A DNA stretch of 64,000 nt from Mobula hypostoma (GCF_963921235.1 NC_086108.1:86678001-86742000); one strand, 5' to 3'; shown: positions 25,601 to 38,654, counted from the stretch's first letter. Program-made: numbers and translations. Notes: generated from the letters alone by a model not told the origin.

Positions 25601-26143
25601 GGGGGGGGCGTGTGTGTACTGTTAATGACCCGGCCTGAACACTGGGTCGAAGGGCCTCTGCTGGTAGCTCTGGATCACGACAGTCTTTAATTTCTGTTTT
25701 CTTTCACCTGGCCATGTGGGTTCCGACCCAACCCCCTTCCTTTTTAGACTTCTTCCAATTACCTGCTTGTCTCCTCATTTGCACCCACCTGTTTCTAATT
25801 TTCATTCATTACCCTGTCCATTTAAACCCTACCTTGACTGGCATTCTCTGCCAATTCGTCCCAGTTCTGACCTGTGTTGTTCTAGCCTGTCATTGCGACT
25901 TCTGCCAATCGATTTTGCCTGATTCTGTGTTTTGGATTTTGCCCGTTCTTGGTCCTGATTTTTGCCTGTGTGCTTTGGATTGTCTGCCCTCGCCTGACTG
26001 CCTTTCCTGGTAAGACCTCTGGCTGCCATTTCAGATTTGTGCCTGCCTTCTGTTTTTGAAAGACTGTTGCCTTTGTGCTCCCTAATAAATCCTGGTGAAA
26101 AAGTATTCATTGGTCTGCACTGGAGTCCCACCGAAACCCAACA

Positions 26144-28071
26144 ATAGGATCTCGCAAGGCTTTTCATTCAAGACACTCCTGGGTGAGCCTCATGAATTTC
26201 CTCCACAATCTGTGAACGGCCAGGGGGAGGCACGATGACCCTCGCCCCCCAGAAATTGCAGCCATCCTGCAGACTGAGTTCTGTCTTGTGTTTGGCATAA
26301 GGCCTCAATTCCTCTCGTTCCTCGACTCTGGGCCAACCTTGTAAAAGAAAAGTCTTGACTTGGGACAGGACCTGGGTCCCTCTCTATGCACTGTTTGATC
26401 TGGGTCACCTTTACAGGTGTCTCTGACAACCTCTCCAATATAAACACAGTCTCTGGAGGCACATGTGTAGTGACAGGTGTCTCAGATAAAGGTAGTCAAC
26501 TCAGTGCATCAGCATTTGCATTATTCCCACCTGCTCTGTACACTATAGTATACTGGTAGGCTGACAATGTACGAGCCCAATGCTGTATCCTGGTTGAGGC
26601 TAGCGGTGGGATGCATCTAGTCTCACTGAACAGGCTCATCAGTGGTTTGTGTTCTATATGAATTGTAAATGCGCATCCATAAAGGTACTGATAAAGTGTT
26701 TGACCGCAAAAACAATGGCCAGACCTTCTTTGTCCAGCTGTGAATATCCCTTCTCTGCAGCTGTCAGGGTACGTGAAGCAAAACCAACAGGCTTCTCTGA
26801 ACGGTGCTCCGTTACATGCGAGAGAACTGCCCTGACTCCATAGGGCGAGGCATCACATGCCAGGGTGATCTCCTTGTCTGGGTCATGGTGAACAAGCAGC
26901 TTTGCTGAGTGGAGAAGTTCTTTCACTTCCTTGAAGGCTTTCTCCTGTTCTTCGCCCCATTGCCACTTAGTGTCATTGTGAAGCAGCTTATACAGTGGGG
27001 TCAAAACCCTTGAGAGGTCCAGAAGAAACTTGCCATAATAATTCACCATGCCCAAAAATGATCTGAGTTCTGTGACAGTCTTAGGGCTTGGGGCTTCCTT
27101 AATAGTTCTCACTTTGTCCTCCACAGGGCAAAGCCCCTTAACTGTGATCTTGTGTCCCAGGTAAGTCACACTCGATGCCAGGAACACACATTTTCCGCGT
27201 TTCAACCGCAGCCCTGCATCTGACAGCCTCTTCAGCACTCGTTCTAAGTTAGCCAGATGCTCTGCCTCCGTAGCCCCTGTGATCAAAATACCATCAGGGT
27301 ACAGTGCTACGTGTGGAATCCCCTGCAGCAAAGTGTCCATTGTCCTTTGGAAAATGGCAGGGCTGGACGCGACTCCAAACACCAGGCGATCGTACTTGAA
27401 TAATCCCTGTGCGTATTAATTGTGACGTGCTCCTTTGAATCCTCGTCGAGCAGCAGCTGTTGGAAGGCGTGGCTCATGTCCAGCTTTGTGAACAGCTTAC
27501 CCCCTGACAGGATTGCAAACAGGTCATCCACCCGTGGCAATGGGTACTCCTCCAGCCGAGAGGCCTGATTCACCGTAAGCTTATAATCCTCACATATCCT
27601 CACCGTTTTGTCTGCCTTCAAAACTGGAGCAACGGGAGCTGCCCAACTTGAAAACTGAACAGGCTCAATAATGCCCAGCCTCTGTAAACGTTCCAGCTCC
27701 TCTTCGACTTTGCCTTTCATGGCATAGGGCACCCACCTGGGCTTAAAAGAACGTGGTGTAGCCTCAGGGTCGATATGGAGTTTCACTATCACACCCTTCA
27801 GTGTTCCCAGCTCGTCCCTGAAAACGTCACTGTACAGCTGCAGAATCTCCTCCGTTGTGGGTGCATACTTAATTTCATGCCAGCTTAGCCGGATTTTGCG
27901 AAGCCAATCGCGACCCAAAAGACTGGGTCCCCTGCCACTCAGGAGAATAGAATGCTTCTTAGCCTCCTCCGTAATTCCATTAGCACAGAAAAAGTGTCCC
28001 AACCTTTCCTCATACTCCAGCCAGTCCTCAGCTTCTTCCAGGAATTCACAGATAGTTCCAAACGTAGCCAT
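26144..28071 (-). pseudogene. Mag-type gag-pol remnant
   Basis: ORFs 27307-28071 and 26654-27382; RT catalytic motif decayed to YPDG. Confidence 0.85.
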
Positions 28072-28129
28072 ACTGAATGCAAAAGCTCCCCTTCAAAACA
28101 CATGCCAATACATTCACAAAATCAGTTCA

Positions 28130-28140
28130 CCTTGTCACCA
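28130..28140 (-). promoter_or_regulatory. Primer-binding site, probably tRNA-Ser(GCU)
   Basis: TGGTGACAAGG four nt after the 5' LTR; two CpG transitions from TGGCGACGAGG, the complement of the tRNA-Ser(GCU) 3' end. Confidence 0.7.
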
Positions 28141-28144
28141 AAAA

Positions 28145-28378
28145 TGTGGTAAATTCTACTTTGAAAAAGGCACACTCGACAACTTCATTTCAAAGAAACA
28201 ACTTTATCTCGAACTTCAAAACGTTGCATATATACAGAGGGTTTCACAACCCGTACGGCATGGCGGGGACAGTATGTGCCGAAGGCCACTGGAAGAACAA
28301 AAACGGAAGTAGAAACCCCCCCTCCCCCAATATCCTAATCAGTATTAACTTACTTTTAATTACGCTCACATTACAACA
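28145..28378 (-). repeat. 5' LTR of the Mag-type element
   Basis: TGTGGT...ACAACA; pairs with 20688-20920. Confidence 0.9.
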
Positions 28379-28535
28379 TATATGTTGGGATCAGATGTCC
28401 TCTGCAAAAAGAATAAGTACTGGCCCACTCTCTGTTATTCTGTCATTATAAAGTTTAGGCCCACACACACTAGTAGCAGAATTAGTGTACAAATCTGTGA
28501 GGAAATTAGTTTACAGGTTCAGAAAAACCACACAG

Positions 28536-28832
28536 ATGGCACAATGGTGCACTTAGTAAAGCCGCTACCTCACAGCTCCAGCACAACAGGTTCAATCCTG
28601 ACCTTCAGTACTGTCTGTGTGGAGTTTGCATGTTCTCATGTGGCTGCATGGGTTTTCCCTAGTTGCTCCAGTTTCCTCCTAGAGCCCAAAAGATGTGTAG
28701 GTTGGTTGGCTAATCAGCCAAAGTTACTTGTCCTCAAGGTGTAGGTGAGTGGCAAAATTTGGAGGAAGCTAACGGAATGTTGTGAGAAAGACTTGTGGGA
28801 AAAATTAGTGAGGAATGAAATTTCTGTGTGAG
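28536..28832 (+). mobile_element. HE1/V-SINE-type tRNA-derived SINE
   Basis: A-box-like ggcacaatggtgcacttag, B-box ggttcaatcc, V-domain-like tgtgtggagtttgcatgttctc...ccagtttcctcc. Confidence 0.8.
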
Positions 28833-28835
28833 CTA

Positions 28836-29382
28836 TATTCAGTAGTCACTTTATTTGGCTGAAGAGGTACCTAATAAAGTGGCCATTGAGTGTATGTTCA
28901 TGGTCTCCTGCTGCTGTTTTAGCCTTTAAGCTTTAAGGTTTGACACGTTGTGCATTTAGAGATGCTCTTCTGCACACCACTGTTGCAAGGTATAGTTATT
29001 TGAGTTGCAGTCGCCTTCCTGTCAGCTTGAACCAGTCTGGCCATTTTCACTGACCGCTCTTATTATTAAAGCATTTTCACCTACAGAATTGCTGCTCACT
29101 GGATTCTTCTTTTGTTTTTTTCTCACACTGTTTTCCAGTAACTCAAAGGACTGTTGTACGTGAAATACCACCCCGTATTCCACCAACAATCATTCCATAG
29201 TCAAAGTGGCTTAGATAACATTTCTTCCCCATTCTGATACTTGGTCTGAACAACAAATGAATCTCTTGACCATGTTGGCATGCTTTTATGCATTGAGTTG
29301 CTGCTAGACGATTGGCTGATTAGATAGTTGCATTAAAGTGCAGGTGTAAATCAGGTGTACCTCATACAGTGGCCACTGAGTG
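28836..29382. mobile_element. Tc1/mariner-type non-autonomous element with TA flanks and an extra internal right TIR
   Basis: TA|tattcagtagtcactttattt (decayed CACTCAGTGGCCACTTTATT); right TIRs ...taataaagtggccattgagtg|TA (28892) and ...cagtggccactgagtg|TA (29382). Confidence 0.75.
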
Positions 29383-29619
29383 TACATTACCTCCTTCTAT
29401 GTCATGAGGCAAACTACTTCTCATCTGGCCCCCATGCATTCAGTGAACTTCTCACAGGTTAAAGGGCAGTCCAGTTGAAACGTCTTCTAAGGAGGTGGTG
29501 GTAGCATCGGATGCATTCACTCTTTCACCAATGAAAAGATTATAATGTTATGTTCCTGGATGCAATTGACTTACCAGTCTTATTCCATTGAAATTTTGCA
29601 TTGTAAGGGCTTTGTTTTC

Positions 29620-29892
29620 TGTCTGTCATATTAAAACACATCTCAACTGCCTCTTGCCAGTGGACTGTTAATGAATCACGGCATCTATTCAAAGAAGAAC
29701 AGAGAGTTCTTCTTGTGTTGGCATTTTTCCCTGAACTAACATTATCAAAGGAGAATTATTTTTGGGATCCCATGGTAAATAATGCTATTAGTCATTGGTT
29801 GTAAATAATAATCAGTGCTGTCTTTTTTTTTTGCTTGCATCCATTGCATGAGATATTCTGAGAGATGTGATGAGATGTAAGTCCTTTACTTA
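29620..29892 (+). mobile_element. Ancient Deu-domain-type SINE relic
   Basis: atcacggcatctattcaaagaagaacagagagttcttcttgtgttggc...gagatgtaagtcctttactt. Confidence 0.45.
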
Positions 29893-29974
29893 TCATTTAC
29901 GTTGAGTTGAATGATGGGAGGGCACCAGTTGCAAGCAGATGCACTGCGGCAGTGTGTTTGGAAGATTGCCATAC

Positions 29975-30067
29975 CTTATATCTGTTCCGGACACAAGCAT
30001 AGAACAAAACTTCCAATGTTTTGGAAGTTTTGACAGGATTTGTTTTTGCTGGAAACACTTTTTGACC
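29975..30067 (-). CDS. Candidate internal exon (93 nt) of an unidentified host gene
   Basis: Acceptor ttcctttatttcttag|, donor AAG|gtatgg, length divisible by 3. Phase-2 frame VKKCFQQKQILSKLPKHWKFCSMLVSGTDI joins the candidate exon ending at 40575 in frame. Confidence 0.35.
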
Positions 30068-30739
30068 CTAAGAAATAAAGGAATTTAAAATAACAGGGAA
30101 ATCTCTGAATCTGCGATACCTCACTTTGGGGAAGTTGCCTGGTTTATGTTTTTTGCCACATGAGTCAGAAGTTTACAACCTGCTTTAGTTGAGTCTGCCT
30201 AACAAGCCAGAAGTCAATGCTGGCGGCTTTCATTTGAGCTGTGGTGTCAGGGGTCTCAAACAATAAAGAAGCAATTGAAGCTCTGGAAATCTCCACAGAG
30301 GATTTCACTCGTAAATTCAAACACGGGTATTTACTGTAGAGCATGTTTGCCAGGGATAAATGACAAAGATGATAAAGGAGGCTTGTAAGAATCTATAGTT
30401 GGCACAATTTGATCAGAATGTTGATTTTTGGCACACTGTGGGGCTCAAATGGGACAAGAAAGTGAATGGTGAAAATGTTTACGGGGGAGAAGATGGGATT
30501 TGAAAAAAAGGGTGTGCAAGTTAGAACACAGAAGAGTACAACAGGCCCTTTGGCCCACAGTGTATGTGCTGACAATAATGCCAATTTAAACTGCACATTT
30601 GCCTGCATGAAGTTTGTATGCCTCAATTCCCTTCCTTTTTATGTGTCTCAGTTTTGATGGACAATTCTCCCTGTAGGACTTCAGCACATTTGGGTATACA
30701 AAAACATTACCTACACCTTTAGCATTCTCTCCCCTTGAG

Positions 30740-32405
30740 GATTATAAAGAAGCTAGAAAAGGACTAAAGAAGGGAATTAGGGACCATGAAAAGTTCTTGG
30801 TGAGGAGGATTAAAGAGCATCCCAAGGCATTCCATACATTCATCGTGTAAGAGGATAACTAAGGAGAGGGTAGGACCATTCAAGGATAAAGGGGGAAATA
30901 TTTGCTTGGATGAGTATTTTACATCAGTATTTACCGAGGAGGAGGGCATGATGGAACAGGAGATCAGTGCTGAGCGTATTAATATGCTAGGGCATATTAA
31001 TAAAAGGATGGGGTAGTGCTGGATCTCTTAAAGAGCATTAATGTAAATAAGTTTCTAGGGTCTTATGGGATATACCCCAGGCTATTGAGACAGGCAAGAG
31101 GTGAGAATGTTGTGGTCTTGACTAATATCTTCCTGTTCTTTCTAGCCACAGGCAAGGTCACAAAGGACTGGCAAATAGCTAATGTTGTTCCGTTATTCAT
31201 GAAGGAAATCAGCAATATTCCTGAAAACTATTGACTGCTGAGTCTTACATCAATGTTGGGGAAGTTATTGGAGGAAATTCTGAGGAATAGAGTTTACAAT
31301 CATTTGGAAAACCATGCCCTAATTAAGGAGAGTCAGCATGGCTTTGTGCAGGGCAAGTTGTGTCTCACTAAGTTGATAAAGCTTTTTGACGAGTGATGAA
31401 GGTAGTGATGTAGATGTTGCCAGCATGGATTTAAGTAAAGTGTTTGACAAGGTGCATCATGGGAGGCTCATCCAGAAGATTAAGATGGATGGTCTCCATG
31501 GTGAGTTGTCCATTTGGATTCAGAACTGGCTAGCCCATGCAAGACAGAGGGTAATGGTTGATAGGGCTTATTCTAGCTGGAGGTCTGTGATTAGTGATGT
31601 TCCTCAGGGATCTGCATTGGAACTGCGACTTCCGCTGTGTCTGATGTATGTAGATGAACTGAATAAAAATGTAGATGGATGTATTAGAAAGTGTGCAGAC
31701 GATACAAAGTCTGGTGGTGGTGTGGATATTGTAGAAAACTGGCAACAAAAGCAGTGGGATATAAACTAGTTGCAGATATGGATGGAGAAATGGAAGATGG
31801 AGCTTAGCCCACCCAAATGTGAAGTATTATACATTGCTGAGTTAAATTTAAAAAGACAGTACACTGTTCAGGGCAAAAAAACCTTAATGTTACTGAGGAA
31901 CAGAGGGATTTTGGGTCCCAACTTCATTGCTTCCTGAAAGTGGCTACACAGGTTGATAGGGTGGTTAAGAAGGCTTATGGCAGGCTTTCTTTTATTAATT
32001 GAGGCATTGAGTTCAAAAGTCAGAAATTGTGTTGCAGCTTTATAAGACACTACTTAGGCCAAATCTGGAATATTGCATACAATTCTAGTTGCCCCAAAGT
32101 AGGAAGGATGCTAAGACTTTGGAAAGGGTGTAGATGAGATTTACCAGGATGCTGTCTGGATCAGGGGGCATGTATTATGACGAGAGGGTGGGCAAACTTG
32201 GGTTGTTTTCTCCGACATGGCAAAGGGGAGATCTGAGAGAGGTTTATAAGATTGAGAGAAATAGATAAGTAGATAGACCGTATCTTTTTCTCAGGTGTGG
32301 TGGTAGAGACAGAGACATTAGCAACTTTTAAGAGACATTTAGGTAGGCTCTTATGAGGGATATGGAAGGATAAGACATTATGTAGGTAGAAGGGATTAGT
32401 AAGTT
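30740..32405 (+). mobile_element. CR1 LINE ORF2 RT and 3' region, decayed
   Basis: WQIANVVPLF; DVASMDLSKVFDKV; VPQGSAL; KCADDTK. Confidence 0.85.
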
Positions 32406-32761
32406 GTTCTATATCTTGAGGGAAGGGTTCCTTCTGGAGAATACGTAACCTGGCTCCTGACCAACTCATGACCAATAGAAAATAAAGAAGAATGAGTTGC
32501 AAATTTGTTCCTCTGAATCTGCATCCCACTGACATGAACACAATACTTCCAGAATCTCTGGAGTGTAAAAGTTTAAGGTGCAGTTGGGCCTGAAAACTGA
32601 ATATCTACAAAGTTTTTTGGAGGCACAAAAACATAGAATCAAAAATAAAAAAAATCATCAAAATAATAGCACTTTGTGTGGTGTCACCAGAGAGATCTTG
32701 GAATAGGTTAAAATTTAGCACAACAGTGTGGGCTGAAGGGTCTGCCCTGTGCTGTACTGTT

Positions 32762-34922
32762 AGAAACATAGAAATGTAAAAAATAGGTGCAGGAGTAGGC
32801 CATTCATCCCTTTGAGCCTGCACCGCCATTCAGTATGATCATGGCTGATCATCCAACTCAGAACCCTGTATCTGCCTTCTCTCCATACCCCCTGATCCCT
32901 TTAGCCACAAGGGCCATATCTAACTCCCTCTTAAATATAGCCAATGAACTGGCCTCAACTGTTTCCTGTGGCAGAGAATTTCACAGATTCACCATTCTCT
33001 GTGTGAAGAAGTTTTTCCTCATCTCAGTCCTAAAAGGCTTCCCCTTTATCCTCAAACTGTGACCCCTCGTTTAGGACTTCCCCAACATCGGGAACAATCT
33101 TCCTGCATCTAGCCTGTCCAATCCCTTTAGAATTTTATATGTTTCAATAAGATCCCCCCTCAATCTTCTAAATTCCAAAGAGCATAAGCCTAGTCGATCT
33201 CGTCTTTCATCATATGAAAGTCCTGCCATCCCAGGAATCAATCTGGTGAACCTTCTTTGTACTCCCTCTATGGCAAGGATGTCTTTCCTCAGATTAGGGG
33301 ACCAAAACTGCACACAATACTCTAGGTGTGGTCTCACCAAGGCCTTGTACAACTGCAGTGGTACCTCCCTGCTCCTGTACTCGAATCCTCTTGCTGTGAA
33401 TGCCAGCATACCATTCGCCTTTTTCACCGCCTGCTGTACCTGCATGCCCACTCTCAAAGATTGGTGTACAATGACACCCAGGTCTTGTTGCACCTCCCCT
33501 TTTCCTAATCGGCCACCATTCAGATAATAATCTGTTTTCCTGTTCTTGCCACCAAAGTGGATAACCTCACATTTATCCACATTAAATTGCATCTACCATG
33601 AATTTGCCTACTCACCTAACCTATCCAAGTCACCCTGCATCCTTTTAGCACCCTCCTCACAGCTAACACTGCCGCCCAGCTTCGTGTCATCTGCAAACTT
33701 GGAGATGCTGCATTTAATTCCCTCGTCTAAGTCATTAATATATATTGTAAACAACTGGGGTCCCAGCACTGAGCCTTGCGGTACCCCATTCATCACTGCC
33801 TGCCATTCTGAAAAGGTCCCGTTTATTCCCACTCTTTGCTTCCTGTCTACCAACTAATTCTCTATCCACATCAATACCATACCCCCAATACCGTGTGCTT
33901 TAAGTTTGCACACTAATCTCCTGTGTGGGACCTTGTCCAAAGCCTTTTGAAAATCCAGATATACCACATCCATCCCTATCCACTCTACTAGTTACATTCT
34001 CAAAAAATTCTATGAGATTCGTCAGACATGATTTTCCTTTCACAAATCCATGCTGACTTTGTCCGATGATTTCACCGCTTTCCAAATGTGCTGTTATCAC
34101 ATCTTTGATAACTGACTCTAGCATTTTCCCCACCACCGATGTCAGGCTTACCAGTCTATAATTCCCTGGTTTCTCTCTCCCTCCTTTTTTTAAAAAGTGG
34201 GGTTACGTTAGCCACCCTCCAATCCTCAGGAACTAATCCAGAATCTAAAGAGTTTTGAAAAATTATCACTAATGCATCCACTATTTCTTGTGCTACTTCC
34301 TTAAGCACTATGGGATGCAGACCATCTGGCCCGAGGGATTTATCTGCCTTCAATCCCTTCAATTTACCTAACACCACTTCCCTACTAACATGTATTTCCC
34401 TCAGTTCCTCCATCTCACTTGACCCTCGGTCCCCTACTATTTCTGGAAGATTATTTATGTCCTCCTTAGTGAAGACAGAACCAAAGTAGTTATTCAATTG
34501 GTCTGCCATGTCCTTGTTCCCCATAATCAATTCACCTGTTTCTGACTGTAAGGGACTTACCTTGTCTTAACCAATCTTTTTCTTTTCACATATCTATAAA
34601 AACTTTTACAGTCAGTTTTTATGTTCCCTGCCAGTTTTCTCTCATAATCTTTTTTCCCTTTCCTAGTTAAGCTCTTTGTCCTCCTCTGCTGGACTCTGAA
34701 TTTCTCCCAGTCCTCAGGTGTGCTGCTTTTTCTGGCTAATTTGTATATTTCTTCTTTGGAATTGATACTATCCCTAATTTCCCTTGTCAGCCATGGGTGC
34801 ACTACCTTCCCTGGTTTATTCTTTTGCCAAACTGGAATGAACAACTGTTGCACTTCATCCATGTGATCTTTAAATGCTTGCCATTGCATATCCACCGTCA
34901 ACCCTTTAAGTAACATTTGCCA
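32762..34922 (-). mobile_element. Relatively young CR1 LINE, 5'-truncated, with intact 3' end
   Basis: Long ORF pieces: [21 protein letters not shown]...[25 protein letters not shown]; tail ...tttctatgtttct. Confidence 0.92.
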
Positions 34923-35244
34923 TTGTTCATTGTTTAAATCTCACCAAAAATTTGACGAAGGAGCAGACACAATCCATGTACCTCATAGCAGCAGATAAAC
35001 CTCTATGGAAACGAGCTCATTGCCCTTTTCTGAGATTGAGGTCTTCAGTGGGACACTGCTAACAAACCCTTTTATTCAAAAACATGACTGTGGCTTTGCC
35101 CGTGGATTTTCCTTGATTTACATTCAGAAAGTTGGATGAGAGAGATTTCCTGCCAGTCTTTGATGCCCATGTATCATAAATTAATTACTAAAGAAACTGA
35201 TAAGTTAAAACTGCAAATTTATGCCACAAGAACAGAGGACATTT

Positions 35245-36582
35245 TATCCTGAGAGGCAAGATTTATGGTCATTTAGAGAGGCATAATATAATTAGGAATA
35301 GTCAACATGGCTTTGTCAAAGGCAGGTCATGCCTTACGAGACTGGTTGAACTCCTTTGAGAATGTGACTAAACACACTGATGATGGTAGAGCAGTAGGTG
35401 TTGTGTATATGGATTTCGGCAAGGCATTTGATAAGGTACCCCATGCAAAGCTTATTGAGAAAGTAAGGAGGCATGGGGTCCAAGGGACATTGCTTTGTGG
35501 ATCCAGAACTGGCTTGCCCACAAAGGCAAATAGTGGTTGTAGACGGGTCATATTCTGCATGTAGGTTGGTGACCAGTGGTGTGCCTCAGGGATCTGTTCT
35601 GGGACTGCTACTCTTCATGATTTTTATAAATGACCTGGATGAGGAAGTGGAGGGATGAGTCAGTAAGTTTGCTGATGACACAAAAGTTAGGGGTGTTGTG
35701 GATAGTGTGGAGGGCTGTCAGAGGTTACAGCGGGACATTGATAAGATGCAAAATAGGGCTGAGAAGTGGCAGATGGAGTTCAACCCAGTGTGAGATGGTT
35801 CATTTTGGTAGGTCAAGTATAGAATATATTATTAATGGCAGAATATAGTATTAATGGTAAGACTCATGGCAGTGTAGAGGATCAGAGGGAACTTGGGGTC
35901 TGAGTCCATAGGACACTCAATGCTGCTACACAGGTTGACTCCGTGGTTAATAAGGCATACAGTGCATTGTCCTTCATCAACCATGAGATTAAGTTTAAGA
36001 GCCAAGAGGTAATGTTGCAGCTATATAGGACCCTGGTCAGACCCCACTGGGAGTACTGTGCTCAATACTGGTTGCCTCACTAAAGGAAGGACGTGGAAAC
36101 CATAGAAAGGGTGCAGAGGAGATTTACAAGGATGTTGCCTGGATTGGGGAGCATGCCTTATGAGAATAGATTGAGTGAACTCGGCCTTTTCTCCTTGGAG
36201 CGACAGAGGATGAGAGGTGACCTGATAGAGGTGTATAAGATGATGAGAAGCATTGATTGTGTGGATAGTCCAAGCTTTTTTCCAGGGCTGAAAGGGCTAG
36301 CATGAGAGGACATAGCTTTAAGATGCTTGGAAGTAGGGATAGAGGAGATATCAGGGGTAATTTTTTTATGCAGAGAGTGGTGAGTGCATGGAATGGGGTG
36401 GTGGTGGTGGAGGCAGATACGATAGGGTCTTTTAAGAGACTTTTGGATAGGTACATGGAGCTTAGAAAAACAGAGGGCTATGGGTAAGCCTAGGTAGTTC
36501 CAAGGTAAGGACACATTTGGCACGGCTTTGTGGGCCAAAGGGCCTGTATTGTGCTGTAGGTTTTCTATATTTCTGTTTCTAT
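35245..36582 (+). mobile_element. CR1 LINE 3' fragment
   Basis: [37 protein letters not shown]; tail ttttctatatttctgtttcta. Confidence 0.9.
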
Positions 36583-36704
36583 CTTTTGGTGATCGTATAA
36601 ACAGAGAACATTAAATCATCCACCTGTAATATACGCTGTAGTTAAATTGTGGCATCTGCATTGGATGCCCATTCTGAGAATTTACTCCAACAAGTTATCA
36701 CAGA

Positions 36705-36990
36705 GACGCTGCTAGTGAAGATGGTGCCTCACAGCCCCAGTGATTTGGGTTCAATCCTGACTTCAGAGGCTGTCTGTTTGGATGTTCCAATGTTCTCCCT
36801 GTGATCACTGGGTGCTTTGGTTTCCTCCCACATTCTGAAGACGTGTAGTAAGTTAACTGACCGCCATAAATTGATTTTAGTGTGTAGGAAGTGATAGAAT
36901 CTGGGAATACTGAAGGGGAATGTAGAATAGGTTTAGTGTAGAGGATGATTAATGTTCAGCATGGACTTGGAAGGCAAAGTGTTGGTTTCC
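36705..36990 (+). mobile_element. HE1/V-SINE-type SINE, diverged
   Basis: gcctcacagccccagtgatttgggttcaatcctgac...tgttctccctgtg...ggtttcctcccaca. Confidence 0.7.
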
Positions 36991-37539
36991 ATGGTTGATG
37001 ACTCAATGAAATTGGACACACAAGATAACCCTTCTCTTAAGAATGGAAAAGAAACAACGGAACAAGGACAATACACTTAATATAATAATAGTTTCTCTGA
37101 TATGCACATTAACTGAGTTTTTCCAGTGCACTGGCGCCCTGTCTTTTGTGTAAATCTTAACCATCTCCTAATCTCCAGCTATGCTAATTAATACACTAGT
37201 TTAGGATGTAGCATTATTGAGAAACTGCAGAACTGAATTAAGGATATCAAAGGATATACAATATGCATGACAGTAATGAGTGATGACACTGGGGAAAGTC
37301 ATTATTATTTAATCTGCACTGAGTGAACAGATCATCCACCTATTATATACTGTACATTGCCAATAGTTAAAGCATGTCTATTGACTTTCCTTCAAGATGC
37401 CAACTATACCCGTACTTTGGAGTTTGAAACCTAAATCCCTGACATCTGGAAAGCCATTTATGTAGAAAAATGTACCACAACAATCACATAGGAGATGGAT
37501 CAAAGTGGAGCAAAATACATGGAGTCAATTGTAGATTTC

Positions 37540-38650
37540 TTATAAGACTTAGGAACTGAAGTAGGTCATTCAGCCCATTAAGTTCTCTCTTTTATTTGAT
37601 AATGGCTGATTAATTATCCCTATTGATTCCATTCTCAGCCTTCTCCCCATAACCTTTGACACCTTACTAATTAAGAATCTGCAGCCCTCTGCTTTAAATA
37701 TACCCAAAGACTTGGACTACACAGCCATTTGTGGCAATAAATTCCACAGATTCACTGCCCTCTGGCTAAAGAAATTCCGACTCATGTCTGCTCTAAAGGG
37801 ACATTTTTCTTTCTGAGGCTGTGCCCTCTGATCCTAGATTCCACCACGACAGAAGTCATTCACTCTATCTAGGCATTTAATATTTGAAAGGTTTCAGAGA
37901 GATCCCCTCATTCTTCTAAACTCCAGCAAGTTCCTGTTCTGAGTCACCAAACACTCCTTGTACATTAACCCTTTCAATCACAGGATCTTTCTCATAAACC
38001 TCCTCTGGACCCTCTCCAATGCCAGCCCATTCTTTCTGATGTAAAGGGGCCCAAAATTGCTCACAAGATTCCAAATGCCATCTGACCAATGCCTTAAAAG
38101 TTTCAGTATTTCCAGTCATTCGTTACAATGCCAAAATCTATCGATTCTTGAAAGATCATTGTTAATGCCTCCGCAATCTCTCCAGCTGCTCCATTCTGAA
38201 CCCGAGAATGAATTCCATCAGGTCCAGGAGATTTATCCACCCTCAGACTATTAAGCTTCCTGAGCACCTTCTCAGTCATAATTTTCACTGTACATACTTC
38301 ACTTCCCTGACACTCATGAATGTCCGGCATACTGCAGATGTCTTCCATAGAAGCATAGAAAACCTACTACACAATACAGGCCCGTCAGCTCACAACGCTG
38401 TGCCAAACACGTACTTACTTTAGAAATTACCTGGGGTTAGCCCTAGCCCTCTATTTCTCTAAGCTCCAGGTAATGTGAAGACTGATGCAAAATATGTATT
38501 CAGTTCCTCTGCCATCTCTGTGCCTCTCATTTCAATATCTCCAGCGTCATTTTCTATTGGTCCTATATCTACCCTCAACTCTCTTTTATCCTTTATATAC
38601 TTAAAAAAAGCTTTTACTATCTTCTTTGATATTAGTCGCTGTTTCTGAAG
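37540..38650 (-). mobile_element. CR1 fragments, with a short CR1 3'-end insertion at ~38347-38472
   Basis: KALVRWHLESCEQFWAP; LRVDKSPGPDGIH; EMAEELNTYFASVFT. Confidence 0.8.
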
Positions 38651-38654
38651 ATTC

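Larger units (their letters stand above)
20947..26143 (+). mobile_element. Sushi-ichi/Tf1-type chromovirus (Ty3/Gypsy), near full length, 5' LTR truncated
   Basis: 5' LTR remnant 20947-21289 matches 25801-26143. 3' LTR 25620-26143 (TGT...ACA) follows a G-rich PPT. Domain order gag-PR-RT-RH-IN-chromodomain. Confidence 0.95.
20688..28378 (-). mobile_element. Mag-clade-like Ty3/Gypsy LTR retrotransposon, internally deleted, hosting a nested element
   Basis: ~233-bp LTR pair (20688-20920, 28145-28378), PBS, PPT, 5-bp near-TSD catat/tatat. Gag start MATFG...WLEYEERL, RT SSWAAPV/KLDMSHAFQQ, RNase H LACDASPYGV, integrase start HPG..MKSLARSY. Confidence 0.9.

Noticed and set aside
21177..25638. PEG10/RTL1-like ORFs as a domesticated host gene
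   Set aside because: LTR-flanked, premature stop in gag, mutated protease site and multiple stops and frameshifts in pol: a decaying retrotransposon.
28536..28620. tRNA gene
   Set aside because: The A/B boxes belong to a SINE head; no cloverleaf.
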